The translations under genes were made by a program, and so were the position numbers. Positions 1-12,305 of a stretch of 64,000 nucleotides of DNA are shown here, piece by piece; the first letter of the stretch is position 1; the number at the start of each line of letters is the position of its first letter. Under the pieces are notes generated by a model that had not been told where the DNA came from, made no database searches, and saw nothing but the letters and a program-made list of their open reading frames with translations. Source of the stretch: Octopus sinensis (Eukaryota); the NCBI RefSeq assembly GCF_006345805.1, contig NC_043001.1, positions 134,044,001 to 134,108,000 on the forward strand, read 5' to 3'.

Positions 1-111
1 CACCACTATCACCACCACCTTCAATGAAGAAACAAATCTGAGTCTAAGACTTATATAGTCTGGAAATAACTATTTACCTCACACTTGCTCACTTCATGTC
101 TCAAAAATGTT

Positions 112-152
112 GCATTATTTGTCGAGGTTTAGTATAGACAGATTAGGTTTAG
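112..152. repeat. Left arm of a perfect 41 bp inverted repeat (partner 1551-1591)
   Basis: gcattatttgtcgaggtttagtatagacagattaggtttag is the exact reverse complement of 1551-1591. Confidence 0.95.
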
Positions 153-589
153 CATAGATAGACTGTGCTTAGCATAGATGGGCTGACTTTAACACAGGTA
201 GGTAGCCAAAGATTGGGCTTCATATAAAGATTACTATCAGAGCCATTGTTTTTTTTTATATTTGAATAGTCTACAAACTATGAAGTAGAGTGGTTATCTT
301 TTTGCCAGCCAAGTCATCTATCTAAGGCAAATAATGTTATGAGCTTTATCCAAGAACACAACGCAATACAAGTGAACCAACAACAGAGCTTCTGCATAGT
401 TACTTGATTTGTTAAAGGTAGTAGCTTAATCTCACTCAAATCCCACCCAAATATTGGGAAAAAAATTGGAACAACATATATACTGTCTGCAAATAAGATG
501 AGATATCATGTTTTGCATGCCATACCACAAAATTTAAGGACAGTATAATCATCATTATCTTCATAATTAATAATAATTATTATAATAAT

Positions 590-765
590 AATGGTTTCAG
601 GTTTTGGCACGGGGCCAGCAATTTCGGGGAAAGGAGTAAGTTAATTACATTGACCCCAGAGTTCAACTCGTACTCATTTTATCAACCCTGAAGGGATGAA
701 AGGTAAAGTTGACCTCAATGGAATTTGAACTCAGAACATAGACAGATGAAGTAGCGTTAAGCATT
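590..765 (-). mobile_element. Degenerate SINE, family C (Meta-domain-like core)
   Basis: Reverse complement of the ttctgagttcaaattcc..gtcaactttgcctttcatcc..aaaatgagtac core; many copies in window. Confidence 0.75.
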
Positions 766-1384
766 AATAATAATCACTAGTAGTAGTAGTCTTTACTACT
801 ACTACTGTTAAGACAGCAAGATGGCAAAATTGTTAAAGCGTTAGATAACAATTACTTGCAGTATTTGTTCTAGCTCTTTACATTCTGAGTTCAAATCTTG
901 TTAAGGTCGACTTTGCCTTTCATCCCTCTGAGATTGATAAAATAATATGACAGTCATATAGAGAGGCCAATTTAATCTACTAAGTCTGACCTCTACCTCC
1001 CAAAATACCTGTGGCTTTGTGTACATGTTATAAATTATTATTAAATCCTAGAAGCAATGGAGCACCAGAAAAAATAATTTGTACTATCTAGATATAAACT
1101 TTTATATTCTAAGTTCAAATCCTGTGAATCTACACAGTGAATCGGCAGATTTGTCAGAGTGTCATGTAGAATGTATCATGGTATTTGGACACTCTGCACT
1201 TTGAGTTGAAATCCCACTGGCCAACTTAGTTTTTCATACATTCAGAGTTTTTTTAAAAAAAGTACCAGTTTAGGAGAATAGATTGGTAGAAATGTAAGAA
1301 CATTGAACTGGATGTCTTGAGGTATCTGTTTGGGCTCTTTCTACTTTGATAGACTTTGTTTGTCATCCAATTTAACACCACAAC

Positions 1385-1503
1385 CTGCGATACTGAGTTT
1401 ACTTTGCTGCAGGTATTCAAACTAGGTCTCCAGTTTGAGGATACTGTCCATCCTTCTTCTCTGCCATCAGTCTTGGAGGTTTGGAAAGAGTTATAAGTCC
1501 TAA
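1385..1503 (-). CDS. Candidate internal exon of an unidentified gene
   Basis: Minus-strand acceptor ttttttcatcttttag (alternative AG 4 nt downstream), donor CAG|gttgtg, open frame RTYNSFQTSKTDGREEGWTVSSNWRPSLNTCSKVNSVSQ; no recognised homology. Confidence 0.3.
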
Positions 1504-1550
1504 CTAAAAGATGAAAAAATAAATGTATTTATTCAACGCCTCCAAAATTT

Positions 1551-1591
1551 CTAAACCTAATCTGTCTATACTAAACCTCGACAAATAATGC
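1551..1591. repeat. Right arm of a perfect 41 bp inverted repeat (partner 112-152)
   Basis: ctaaacctaatctgtctatactaaacctcgacaaataatgc. Confidence 0.95.
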
Positions 1592-1648
1592 CTATATTGA
1601 AAATTATTTTTATTTATTATTATATAATATAAAAGAAACTATTATTAT

Positions 1649-2310
1649 CAAGGCGTTGAGCTGGCAAAATTGCCAGCATGGATGTCAAAATGTTTAGTGG
1701 CATTTTGTCTATTTTTAAGTTCTGAGTTTAAATGCTCCCAAAGTCAACTTTGCCTTTCATTCTGTTGGGGGTCAATGAAATATGTCGCAGAGGAGCACTA
1801 AGGTCAATGTAATTAACTAGTTCCCTTCCTGAAATTGCTGGCCTTGTGCCAAAATTTGAAAATATTATTATCATATTGTTAAGGCAGCAAGCTGAGAGAT
1901 TCATTAGCATGGTAGAGAAAATGCTTAGTGGAATTTCCTCCATCTTTATGTTCTGAGTTCAAATGCTCCCAAGGTCAACTTTGCCTGTCATCCTTTGAGG
2001 GTCAATAAAATAAGTACCGGTCAAACACTAGGGTTGATGAAATCGACTAGCACCCCGCTCCCCTGAAATTTCAGGCCTCGTGCCTACAGTAGAAAGGATT
2101 ACTATTAAAGGCAATAAGCTGATAGGATAGTCATCAGGCTTCATGAAATGCTTAATAGCATTTCTTTTGACTCTTACTTCCAGAGTTAAAATTCCGCTGG
2201 AGCCAACTTTGCTCTGGGATCAATAAGTACCGGTTAAATACTGAGGTTGATGTAATCGACTTACCACCTCCCCTAACAAACTGATGGCATTATACCAAAA
2301 TTAGAAAGGA
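1649..2310 (+). mobile_element. Three head-to-tail degenerate SINE family C copies (~1649-1865, 1880-2100, 2107-2310)
   Basis: Each starts aaggc..gagctg..ttagc, has ttctgagttcaaat..gtcaactttgcc..aataagtacc and ends gtgccaaaatttgaa-like. Confidence 0.8.
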
Positions 2311-2319
2311 TTATTATTA

Positions 2320-2616
2320 TTTTTTTTTCTTCTTTCAAATTTGCTTCCATTTCTTGCCGAGCGTCTTCCCGACTCCTAGGGCAAAGAAACTCATAGTATA
2401 CATTGGTAGGCCATTAAACCAAACTCAATAGTTCGTTCATTTTTTTTTTCTTTTTTAAGGTTAAATTAAAATACATGGGCAGTAACAGCTCTCACAGCGA
2501 CAATGCTCTTCTCAATACGTGTGATGTACCAGTTAGGACAATCTTTTGCACTTCTTGCAGGGATGGTAAGCCAGGGATCATTCTCATATAATTTTCGGTT
2601 CCCTTCTTGATCATTC

Positions 2617-2618
<2 letters not shown>
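2320..2618 (-). mobile_element. 5'-truncated Dong/R4-like (RLE clade) LINE 3' end inserted in a (TAA)n tract
   Basis: Minus translation GMIKKGTENYMRMIPGLPSLQEVQKIVLTGTSHVLRRALSL* resembles the C-terminus of R4/Dong ORFs; A-rich tail; (ATT)n on both sides. Confidence 0.75.
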
Positions 2619-2650
<32 letters not shown>

Positions 2651-2992
2651 CCCTAATTATTCCCCTTATTTAATTTAAAGAACAATAATAAACTTCAAGG
2701 TAATCTTTAAATATACCAAATGTATAATCTTCTTATATAGTCGCAGATGGAGCTATTTTCAGTTGAATGAAGACACAAAGATCTGTGGGAAACATGCATA
2801 TCCCATTTCTTGTTTCTGCTTGCCACCCCTTAAAAGTTAAGTTCTATATTTGTATTACACACACCAACAACAAAACCCTCCACACACATGCACTATCAAA
2901 AGTATAGAAACTTCAAGAAGGAAAATTTTAGAAAGATTAAAATTTTCTGAACTATAAATATCATCTTTGCAGTGTGTGTGTATATATGTATA

Positions 2993-3560
2993 CACTACCG
3001 TCAGAAATTAATTAGCACCCTTGATTTGCTCACCATGAAGCATGGTGGGGGTGGTCTGATGGTGTGAGGGGCGTTCAGCTACAGTGGTGTTGGGCGGCTC
3101 TATGCCATTGAAGGCAACATCAACGCAGCAAAGTACGTTGAGATAGTACGGGATACCTCTTTGGTGGCAAGGAGTACGTGCTGGCCAGTCACCTGACCTG
3201 AACCCTATTGAGAACCTCTGGAGTCGATTGGGTAGGGATTTGAATGTGCAGCAATATAGGAACCGACACGAGCTGTTTGGGGCACTTCTTGCTGCATAAG
3301 GGGCCATTTCCTGCACAGTACCTGCAGGCACTCATAGACAGCATGCCGACCCGCGTAGCAGCTGTCATTGCTGCCAAAGGAGGTGCAACAAGATATTGAC
3401 TAAATTTCACGATTAATAACAATTATGTGGTGTGCTGGGATATGTTTTAATAAATTTTTGATTAAAAACGAGTTCGTTTCTGATAATAAGTTAATTAAAT
3501 TAAGAAAATGTAAGAAAATGTAGAAATTTGAGAAGTGCTAATTAATTTCCGACGCAAGTG
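2993..3560 (+). mobile_element. Internally deleted Tc1-family DNA transposon
   Basis: 26 bp TIRs (cactaccgtcagaaattaattagcac / gtgctaattaatttccgacgcaagtg, 3 mismatches), TA on both sides; remnants TMKHGGGGLMV*GAFSYSGVG, QSPDLNPIENLW, DSMPTRVAAVIAAKGGATRY*. Confidence 0.92.
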
Positions 3561-3561
3561 T

Positions 3562-3935
3562 AGGTGCAGGTGTGGTTGTGTGGTAAGAAGTTTGCTTCCC
3601 AACTACATGGTCCTGGGTTCAGTCCTAATGCATGGCACCTTGAGCAAGTATTTTCTACTATAGCCACAAGCCAATTAAAGCCTTGTGAGTGGATTTGGTA
3701 GACAGAAACTGAAAACAGACTGTCATGTGTGTGTGTGTGTGTGTATAAGTATGTTTATGTTTGTCCCCCACCACTATTTGACAACTGGTGTTGGTGTGTT
3801 TACATCCCTATGATTTGGCAAAATAGATTGATATCATACCAGGCTTAAAAAATATATATTGGGGTCAATTCGTTTGGCTAAAATTCTTCAAGGCAGTGCC
3901 CTAATTTGGCTGCAGTCTAATAACTGAAACAAGAT
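3562..3935 (+). mobile_element. Older tRNA-derived SINE, family A
   Basis: ggtgcaggtgtggttgtgtggtaagaag..gggttcagtcc head, ggatttggtagac body, actgaaacaag end. Confidence 0.8.
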
Positions 3936-4457
3936 ATATATACAATATTTATATGTGCACTGTGTTTCAATCAGTCTGATTTCCATTTGGCACCAAGTAT
4001 CCTATTCCTGGAGATTATACACACACACACACACACACACACTTAATCTTTATTTATAAAATGTTTCTGAACATAAAATCACTGAAACAAAGAAATCAAA
4101 AAGAAATTTTATTTATCCGAATTGTAATTGTTTGATGAAGGAATTGTTCTCAGATTGTTGAAACTAAAACAATGACATTATGGTAGAGTCATTTAAAAGG
4201 GGACATGTATTGTGGAATACAACAAAAGTGAATATAACATTGTCCATTTTTTTCTTTTTCATTATTGTGACAGGTTACAATTTATATTTAATAATTAAAA
4301 ATAAATTAAGATAAATATAATAAATACATGATATCATTTAGATTTCATCTCTTTCTTTTAAGAAGTACAAAAATATATTTATGCAAACTCATTACAATGA
4401 CACCCACACATGTATGCATGCATACACACACAGCAGATACACACGCTGAATATCCCC

Positions 4458-4511
<54 letters not shown>

Positions 4512-4518
<7 letters not shown>

Positions 4519-4812
4519 ATCATGTGACTGACCAGACCATCAGTTGTTGTTACACATCGCTGGTCACAATGCGTTCGCATTGTCTTAGCCTTCGAATGAC
4601 GCCACCCCACTGGCTAAGCGAGCAGGCCAACAGAAGAAAGAGTGGGTGAAAGAATACAACAGGGATCACCACCCCCTGCCGGAGCCTCGTGGAGCTTTTT
4701 TTTTTTTAGGTGTTTTCGCTCAATAAACACACACAACGCCCGGTCTGGGAATCGAAACCGCGATCCTACGACCGCGAGTCCGCTGCCCTAACCACTGGGC
4801 CATTGCGCCTCC
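4512..4812 (-). mobile_element. tRNA-derived SINE, family B, tail type 1, inserted in (TA)n
   Basis: Head ggaggcgcaatggcccagtggttaggg..ggtttcgattccc with Pol III A/B boxes. Confidence 0.85.
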
Positions 4813-4849
<37 letters not shown>

Positions 4850-5773
4850 TCTGTCCCCACAACATGCACATACAAATAAGCTTTCACATCCAACTGCACA
4901 CACACACACACACACATATACAGATTATGGTGTGTGTATGTGTGTGTATACATACACATGTACTCAATCTCCCTACCTACACAAAAACATTCACATGTAT
5001 ACACCCACAACCAAGGACATGTATTGCATATATCCTCCATGTTCCTCCATGTTGTTTGCATTCACATACTAAACCTAGTAGCCATGTAATACATATGCAG
5101 TCTCACACACACACACACACACACTCATCTTCATGAACACACAGATACAAAATATGCAAGTACACAATCACACGCAGAGGAGCATTACAGACATATACAC
5201 TCCTCCTTGTGCATGCCCCCAAAAACATAATTGTTCTACCACCCCTTAAGACTAAAACGCAAAACAGCCAAGTATACACATGTGTGTGTGTATGCATATA
5301 TATATATGTATGTATGTATTTATTTATTTATTTATGTATGTATGTTTACATACCATACACATATATGTCATTAGTGAGTAAGAAGGAGCAATATACCATG
5401 CCATAGTGTTGTGCTGTGGAACTGTCTGTTGCTGCAGATGTCTCAGAACAACTATTTTCGGTGTTCTTTCAGAAAACATAAGAAAACTTTAAGAACCAAT
5501 GAAAATTCATGCTAATGTGTTGTGTCAACTTTCGAAAGATTTACAACTCATTATGACAATTGTTATAATGACAAATGGCAGTAGAAAAAGAAGTCTAAAG
5601 ACTTTGGAAATATATATTATTATTATGTGGAATGGAAGTAATGTTAGCACATAGGATTGAAGAACTTACTATATTTAGTTGTTTTGTTTGTTTGTTTTTT
5701 TACTTCAAGAGATCAAATCCCATTAGTGCTAAATTTGCCAATTGTTCCTCTGAGGTTGATGTTAGTTGTATAT

Positions 5774-6013
5774 GTTTCTTTATTACCCACAAGGGGCTAA
5801 ACATAGAGGGGAAAAAACAAGGACAGACAAACGGATTAAGTCGATTACATCGATCCCAGTGTGTAACTGGTACTTAATTTTATCGACCCCCTAAAGGATG
5901 AAAGACAAAGTCGACCTCAGTGGAATTTGAACTCAGAACGTAACGGAAGACAAAATACGGCTACGCATTTCGCCCGGCGTGCTAACGGTTCTGCCAGCTC
6001 ACCGCCTTGTTAT
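5774..6013 (-). mobile_element. SINE family C, near full length
   Basis: 15 bp TSD atgttagttgtatat (5759-5773 and 6014-6028); similar copies at 23621-23814 and 44769-44991. Confidence 0.88.
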
Positions 6014-7253
6014 ATGTTAGTTGTATATTGAGGTTGATTCTACAATTAATTAAACATCTCCAAAATTCCATTACTAATTAATGATATTCTATTAATGAGC
6101 ATTTTGAAGAATAAAGATCATAGCTATTGTTTTTGTTTAGCTCCAGGTTAACTTTGATCGAGTAAAAGCAATGGTCAAAGACATTCCTACTGCATTCAAT
6201 CCCATCGTCTTCTAGGTATCTAGGAGTACATTAGCAATGTGACTTCCCTTGTGTAAGATAGTAAGGCTTTGTTTCATGGAGATTTGGCTGTTATTTCAAA
6301 TAGGTAAAAGGATTTGAAGTGCCACAGTTTATCAAAGAATCAAACAGTTGATAACCTATCACTGAGCTCTAAACATCGTCACAACTCTGAACTGGTTCAA
6401 TCCAGCTAGTTGTGAATGAATACATCAGAGAAACGAAGCCTCCTTCTGCAAGCAGTAGCAACATTGTATAATAAACAAGTTCGCTTCATTGGTTCACAGA
6501 TCTCTGTTGAAATCCTACTTAAATTAGTGCTTGGAAAGATGTAGACTTTGCCAAAACAGGTTGGATTTGTTCTTATCACATAAGACTCACAGCAGTTTTC
6601 CTTGTTTTAAAGAGGAGTTATTATTAGAAAAGTTTTTAATAGCATAAATTAATTTTGTAATAAAATAGAATTATGAGCAAGAGGTATAATTTGAAACAAG
6701 TGTGCACATAAAAATTGGATCTTGAGAAAGTTTTTCTATCGAAGTATGTGTGAATTCAGAGGGAATAATTTTAGGATATTGTCTTTGAAAGATGACTAAT
6801 TAATTATGTTTAGAGACATGAAATAAATATAATTATGGGGAGTACAGTCTGCATGAATAAATTTAACTCCTGATGTTGAGCAAATGAAATACTGGACATA
6901 TTGGTTTCAAATTTTGGCACAAGGCCAGCAATTTCTGGGGAGGGGTTAAGTTGATTAAATCAACTCCAGTACTTGACTGGTACTTCTTTTATCAACCCCA
7001 AAAGGATGAAAGGCAAAGCTGACCCCGGCAGCATTTGAACCCAGAACATAAAGATGGGCAAAATATCACTAAGCATTTTGCTTGGTGTGCAAATGATTGT
7101 GACTGCTCACCATCTTAAAATACTAAGTATATCAAAACGAACAAAGAGATGGAAACATAGCATTTAATTCTTAGATAACATTATTTATTACAAAGTGTGA
7201 TTTGAGAAAAGCGTGTATCATTTCATCTGCTTTCCATACTCTGACAGAATTAA

Positions 7254-7470
7254 CCCTTTGGCATTTAAACCAGCCATATCAGGCCCAAATATTTCTACCA
7301 GTTTTATAGTCAAACTGGCCAGATCCTGCCTTTCAAACCTACCCCACAATGCCATTCTTTAAATAAGCCATCACATCATTGATATGTCAAAGCTATGAAA
7401 TAATGTATTTGTTCAAAACATTGTGAATAAATAAGCATATATTTGACAGAGGAATTCGAATGTTAAAAGG
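7254..7470 (+). mobile_element. piggyBac-type MITE
   Basis: TTAA|CCCTTT ... AAAAGG|TTAA; homologous copies at ~12855-13072, 62614-62818 and 62933-63565. Confidence 0.8.
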
Positions 7471-7992
7471 TTAAACAATGAGGCAAGGTTTTTTATGGAT
7501 AGATGCATTTCCTGACACCAACCCTAAACTGTTCTTCAAATAAGGATTTTTTTTCCATTCCAGGGAGATGCAAAAGCATAGAGAAAATGGATGATTTTGT
7601 TGACAGAAGATGACAACCTTTCACTCGTCAATTTTACTTGTCGCAGTACAACCACAATGGTGTCATCAACTGTGGGCAACACCATCATCTGTATTTATAG
7701 CCCTGAGCAGTGTTTGTAAACATTAACATGAATACACATGCACACATGTACATTCAAAGGGCTTCTTTCAGTGCCTGTTGACTAAATTCCCTCACAAAAC
7801 ATTGATTGGCCTGCAGCTATAATAAAAGATACATACCCAAAATGCAACATAGTGGAAATGAGCTTGAAGCCACACAGTCAAGAAATAAACAACTCAACCA
7901 CAGTCATGTCTTCCTGCATGCATGTGTGTGCATTGGTGGGAGTGTGTGTTAGAGAAAACATAATGTTCAATACATTTGGTAAAAGTGCGTCT

Positions 7993-8453
7993 ATTTATTT
8001 TCATACAAAGAGTCCTCATACTCAGTAATGTGTACAATGAGATGATAATGAAATGTGCATATCTTAAAATATTGTCTTTTACAGGATTTTATCATATTGA
8101 TAATATCATGATAAAAAAATATGCACTTAGTACACTGCTGTTGTTTAGCCCTTGGTTAACTCTGATAGAGTATAACCAATGATCAAAGATATTTCTGCAA
8201 CAATCATCCCGTCCTCTTCAAGGTATGTAGGAGTTTGTTATCAGGGTAGCTTTTCTTGTTTAAGATAGTATGGATTTGCTTCAAGGAGATTTGGCAGCTC
8301 TTTCAAACGGTTAAAGTGATTTGAAGTATACCTTTTTATTTTCATACAAAGAATCATCATACTCTCAGTAACATGTACAATGGGATGATAATGAATATCT
8401 CAAAATATCGTCTTTTACAGGATTTTGCCATGTTGACAATATCACAATAAAAA
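7993..8453. repeat. ~125 bp diverged direct duplication (7993-8118 and 8336-8453) flanking a family E repeat
   Basis: tttattttcatacaaaga..tcagtaa..tgtacaatg..gtcttttacaggatttt occurs twice. Confidence 0.8.
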
Positions 8454-9059
8454 TGCATTCTATATGCACCATAATGTGGCTGGTGTTAAGAAGGCATCCA
8501 ACCATTGAAATGGAATGTATACATTAGATGTGGTTATCTGAAACATCAAGAAGAGCTGTAACTCCAAATGTTAACTGACATGTACCATGACAACCTATCC
8601 AACCCATGCCAGCATGGAATGAAGTCATAATGATGATGATGATGATGATATGTGTAGTGTGTTGAATGAAACAGTGGAATTATTATATAAAATACATGAT
8701 ACCAAATAAAAAGTAAATGTTGTGAAAATGAATACATTAGCTTATAAAACTAGAATATAAATGATAATAAACGTATGGAGAAGTGGGTTAGAAATAAAAT
8801 AGAAATGAAAAAGTGTTACAAGCTTGTATAAGATGTACAACAAATCCTTGTAATAACTTTGATGTACAAAGAGGTAAACATAAAATCTGCCATTAAATTA
8901 TAAGTGTGTGAAATGGAATATATTAGAATAAAGATTAGAATATAATTAAGGTAACATTAAAGCAGACATTATAATAAACCAGAAACAAAGAAAGGAATGG
9001 AGAGGAGGAGGGTATAAGTAACAGATTGTATAATATGGAATGATTAATTATCAGTTAGT

Positions 9060-9310
9060 GGAGGCACTTGGCTTAGTGGTTAGGGTGTTGAACTCATGAT
9101 CATAAGGTTATGGTTTCAATTCCTGGACTGGGCAATGAGTTGTGCTCTTGAGCAAAACACTTCATTTCACATTGCTCCAGTCCACTCAGCTGGCAAAAAT
9201 GAGTAATCCTGCAATGGACCGGCGTCCCATCCAGATGGGGAATTTCTACACCACTGAAACCAGGAAACTGGCCCTTATGAGCCTGGCATAGCTCGAGAAG
9301 GAACATTTAT
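9060..9310 (+). mobile_element. tRNA-derived SINE with a V-domain-like segment
   Basis: tRNA-like head; ctgcaatggaccggcgtcccatccag motif; tail shared with 13734-14045. Confidence 0.7.
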
Positions 9311-12128
9311 TTTTTTAGTTTTAATTATCAGTTATGTAAATAATTAATTGAATACAAGGTAGTTGAGAAAAAGTAGTCATGAAAAAATTAAGTGCAACAA
9401 TATGAATTTAATGAAGAAATTTGTAGGTAGATAATTAAATCCTTTCTTCTGGAGGCACAAAGCCTGAAATTCTGTTTCCTTTTTTTTTTTTTTAATGGGA
9501 GGGGGCTAGTTGATTTCATTAACCCCAGTACTTGACTTGTACCTATTTTATCGTTCCTGAAAGGATGAAAGGCAAAGTTGACTTTGGTGGAATTTGAACT
9601 CAGAATGTAAAGGTGGAAGAAATGCTGCTAAGCATGCTAACAATTCTTAGCTCACTACCCTAGAAGGATAATTATCATTTTAATCATCATTTTAATGTTC
9701 ACTTTTCCATGATTGCATGGGTCAGATGGAATATATTGAAGTGGATTTTCTACAGTTAGATGGCCTTTCTGTTGTCAACCCTCATCTGCGTTCAAGTAAG
9801 GTATTATTTCCCCATAATCAGATAAATTTTTTTATACAGAAGATTGTAAAATGAAAGACCACACTTGCATGATGGTGACACTTGTTTACAACTATTATAC
9901 AATGCCAAGGCAAGTAGACAGTGGCACACACACACTAGGCTTCTTTCAGTTTCTGTGTACCAAATCCACTCACAAGTCTGTGGTTAGCGTGGGGCTATAG
10001 TAGAAGACACTTGCCCAAGGTGTCATGCAATGGGACTGAACCCAGAATCATGTGGGTGGGAAGCAAACTTCTTACCACAAAGCCACCCCAGGATGTGAGG
10101 AGACACAGCTTAAAGTGAATAGTTCAATTGATTATAACACCAGTGTTTTGAAATCATTGAACTAAATGTTTCTGTCTTTTCAGGTGGCATAAAAGCACAA
10201 CAGCGATACTGCTGCATACAAACCTCACATATAACTACTATTATTGTATAGCAGAGACAAGATAAGTCCAGTCCTAAATTTCATTCAGTATGGAGAAAAT
10301 ATTGTAAGAGATTTATTCTTTTGCCTGTCAATGATAAACAGGCTCTTCACTAAACAAGTAGTTACATTAAAGGTCAGAGCAACAATCCTAACTAGTATAC
10401 CTATCATAGGAGATAGGAAAAGATTACTACAAAGTAAATAGGCAGATTTAAATATCACCATTTCGACAAGTTTTATCAGTTATCTTTGTGAAAATGACAG
10501 TAATTCTACCGAGGTTTCCTTGCATATATATTTCAGAACAGTTATCTCTTTAAAACATCTTTCGTAAAACTTTAGGGTAAACACTGGTTTCCAACAGATA
10601 AGCTTCATGTTGTTATAGAGTCGATTATATTTATGCTTATGGTCATGTGACATAAATCAAGATAATTATATCAAACTATGTTTAAATATGAGTGTCATGG
10701 ACAATTCCACTATGATTGTACATTATATGCAACCTTCAATGCAAAATGGGAGAAGACACTGTGACAAAATGTTAACATAAATTTGACTCTAAAAACGGTT
10801 TCTATAAAATTTTTGCTTCCTTAATGCTTATATTCATAATTCCTTTATTGGATTCACAAGGACTGCGGTCATGCAGGAGCATCTTCTACAAGGATTATAG
10901 TCAGTCATATTGACCATAGTATTTATCTTAGTCTATTTTACTGATCTCTATTGAATCGCTAAGTTAATTTTAACATAGAGGGATGTAACTCAACACTTGT
11001 AAACAAATACAGACATGGTTATGGACACATTCACACTCAGAAACATATCTATAAACATAAAGAAGCAGCACTCAATACCTAATGTACAGTTAATATTAAC
11101 CAAAAGCAGAGATTTGGGGAGTTTGTGATCAATCTTTCTAACAGAACCCATGTCATGTGAACAGGATAAGCAACTCCATCTAAAATAAAAGACAACTGTG
11201 CAAAATAAAGTGGTACACTACTGTATTTTAAAAGTTGAATGAAATGCGTGATCTTGGGCCAATGAGGACTGACTTGAGACTAAACAAGCACAACAATACA
11301 GTTAACAAGAACAATATAACCAGTGCCACCACCAACAATACCCCTACCATCACCAAATTTAGTACAATCAACAGCACCACCACTGCCAACCCACCAACTT
11401 TGAATAACCAACTGGTAACAACAATAGCATCAGCATGACAGTAATGCCTGTAACTACATATGTTGTATGTCATTGCAGTAAGGTGGTGTGTGTGTAAGAG
11501 AGAGTGTGTGGTATTATTTTACTCAAGTCAGAGGTACAAGGGGGTGAAGTTCCAATGAAATTGGTTACTCTTCAACTAACTATAATTGTACAGTACTTCC
11601 TCCAACCTCACTCCTTCACCCTTTTCCTTTCTCATTTCCATTCTTACCATCCAAAGTTTTTGCTCTCACAAAACAGTTCTTTTCTGGTGTTATGTTTCTA
11701 CTACATATTTGTTGTGGCTAATTGTTGCGCACTGCACCTGTTTGATGTCCGGAAAGAATTTATGAAGTGGGACTGAAGACAGCAGCACAAAAAAAGAATA
11801 CAAAAAGCATTACCCTGGATATGAAACTTGATGTTTTAAAAAGGCTTTGTGGAAGAAAAAAATATCACCCACATTGCCAAAACATTAAAAGCTTGCAATG
11901 TCTACAGTGGAAACAATATGTGACAATAGAGAGAAAATAAGGTCAAGTGTTCAGGAAGTTACTCCATTAACTGTTCAGACCTCATTTTTTTCATAGATAT
12001 AATATGATATAAAATGGAATAGCTCTTAGGTGTATGGATCAAGAATCAGATTCAATGTAATGTGTTGATAAGCACAATGATAATTAATTAAAAAGCCAAA
12101 AGTTGGTATGACAAATTTTAGAAAAGGT

Positions 12129-12305
12129 GGCACGTAAAAAGCACCCACTACACTTGCGGAGTGGTTGGCGTTAGGAAGGGCATCCAGCTGTAGAAACACT
12201 GCCAGATCAGACTGGAGCCTGGTGCAGCCCTGGCTTCCCAGACCCCGGTCGAACCGTCCAACCCGTGCTAGTGCGGAAAACGGACGTTAAACGATGATGA
12301 TGATG
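12129..12305 (+). mobile_element. Short 3' fragment of RTE LINE with (ATG)n tail, nested in Tigger
   Basis: ggcgttaggaagggcatccagctgtag core, cggacgttaaacgatgatg tail, aaggtg TSD. Confidence 0.85.

Noticed and set aside
2717-2840. Exon-like segment readable on either strand (plus RRWSYFQLNEDTKICGKH..; minus VASRNKKWDMHV..)
   Set aside because: Weak splice sites and ambiguous strand; cannot be supported
4328-5406. ORFs rich in IY/HT/CV dipeptides (also near 15288, 21754, 52060, 53666, 56608)
   Set aside because: Translations of (TA)n and (CA)n microsatellites
10184-10265. Strong plus-strand acceptor tttctgtcttttcag
   Set aside because: All frames close within ~27 codons and no partner exon was found
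11235-11438. Thr/Asn-rich mucin-like ORF
   Set aside because: Degenerate (ACA/ACC)n low-complexity tract without splice support
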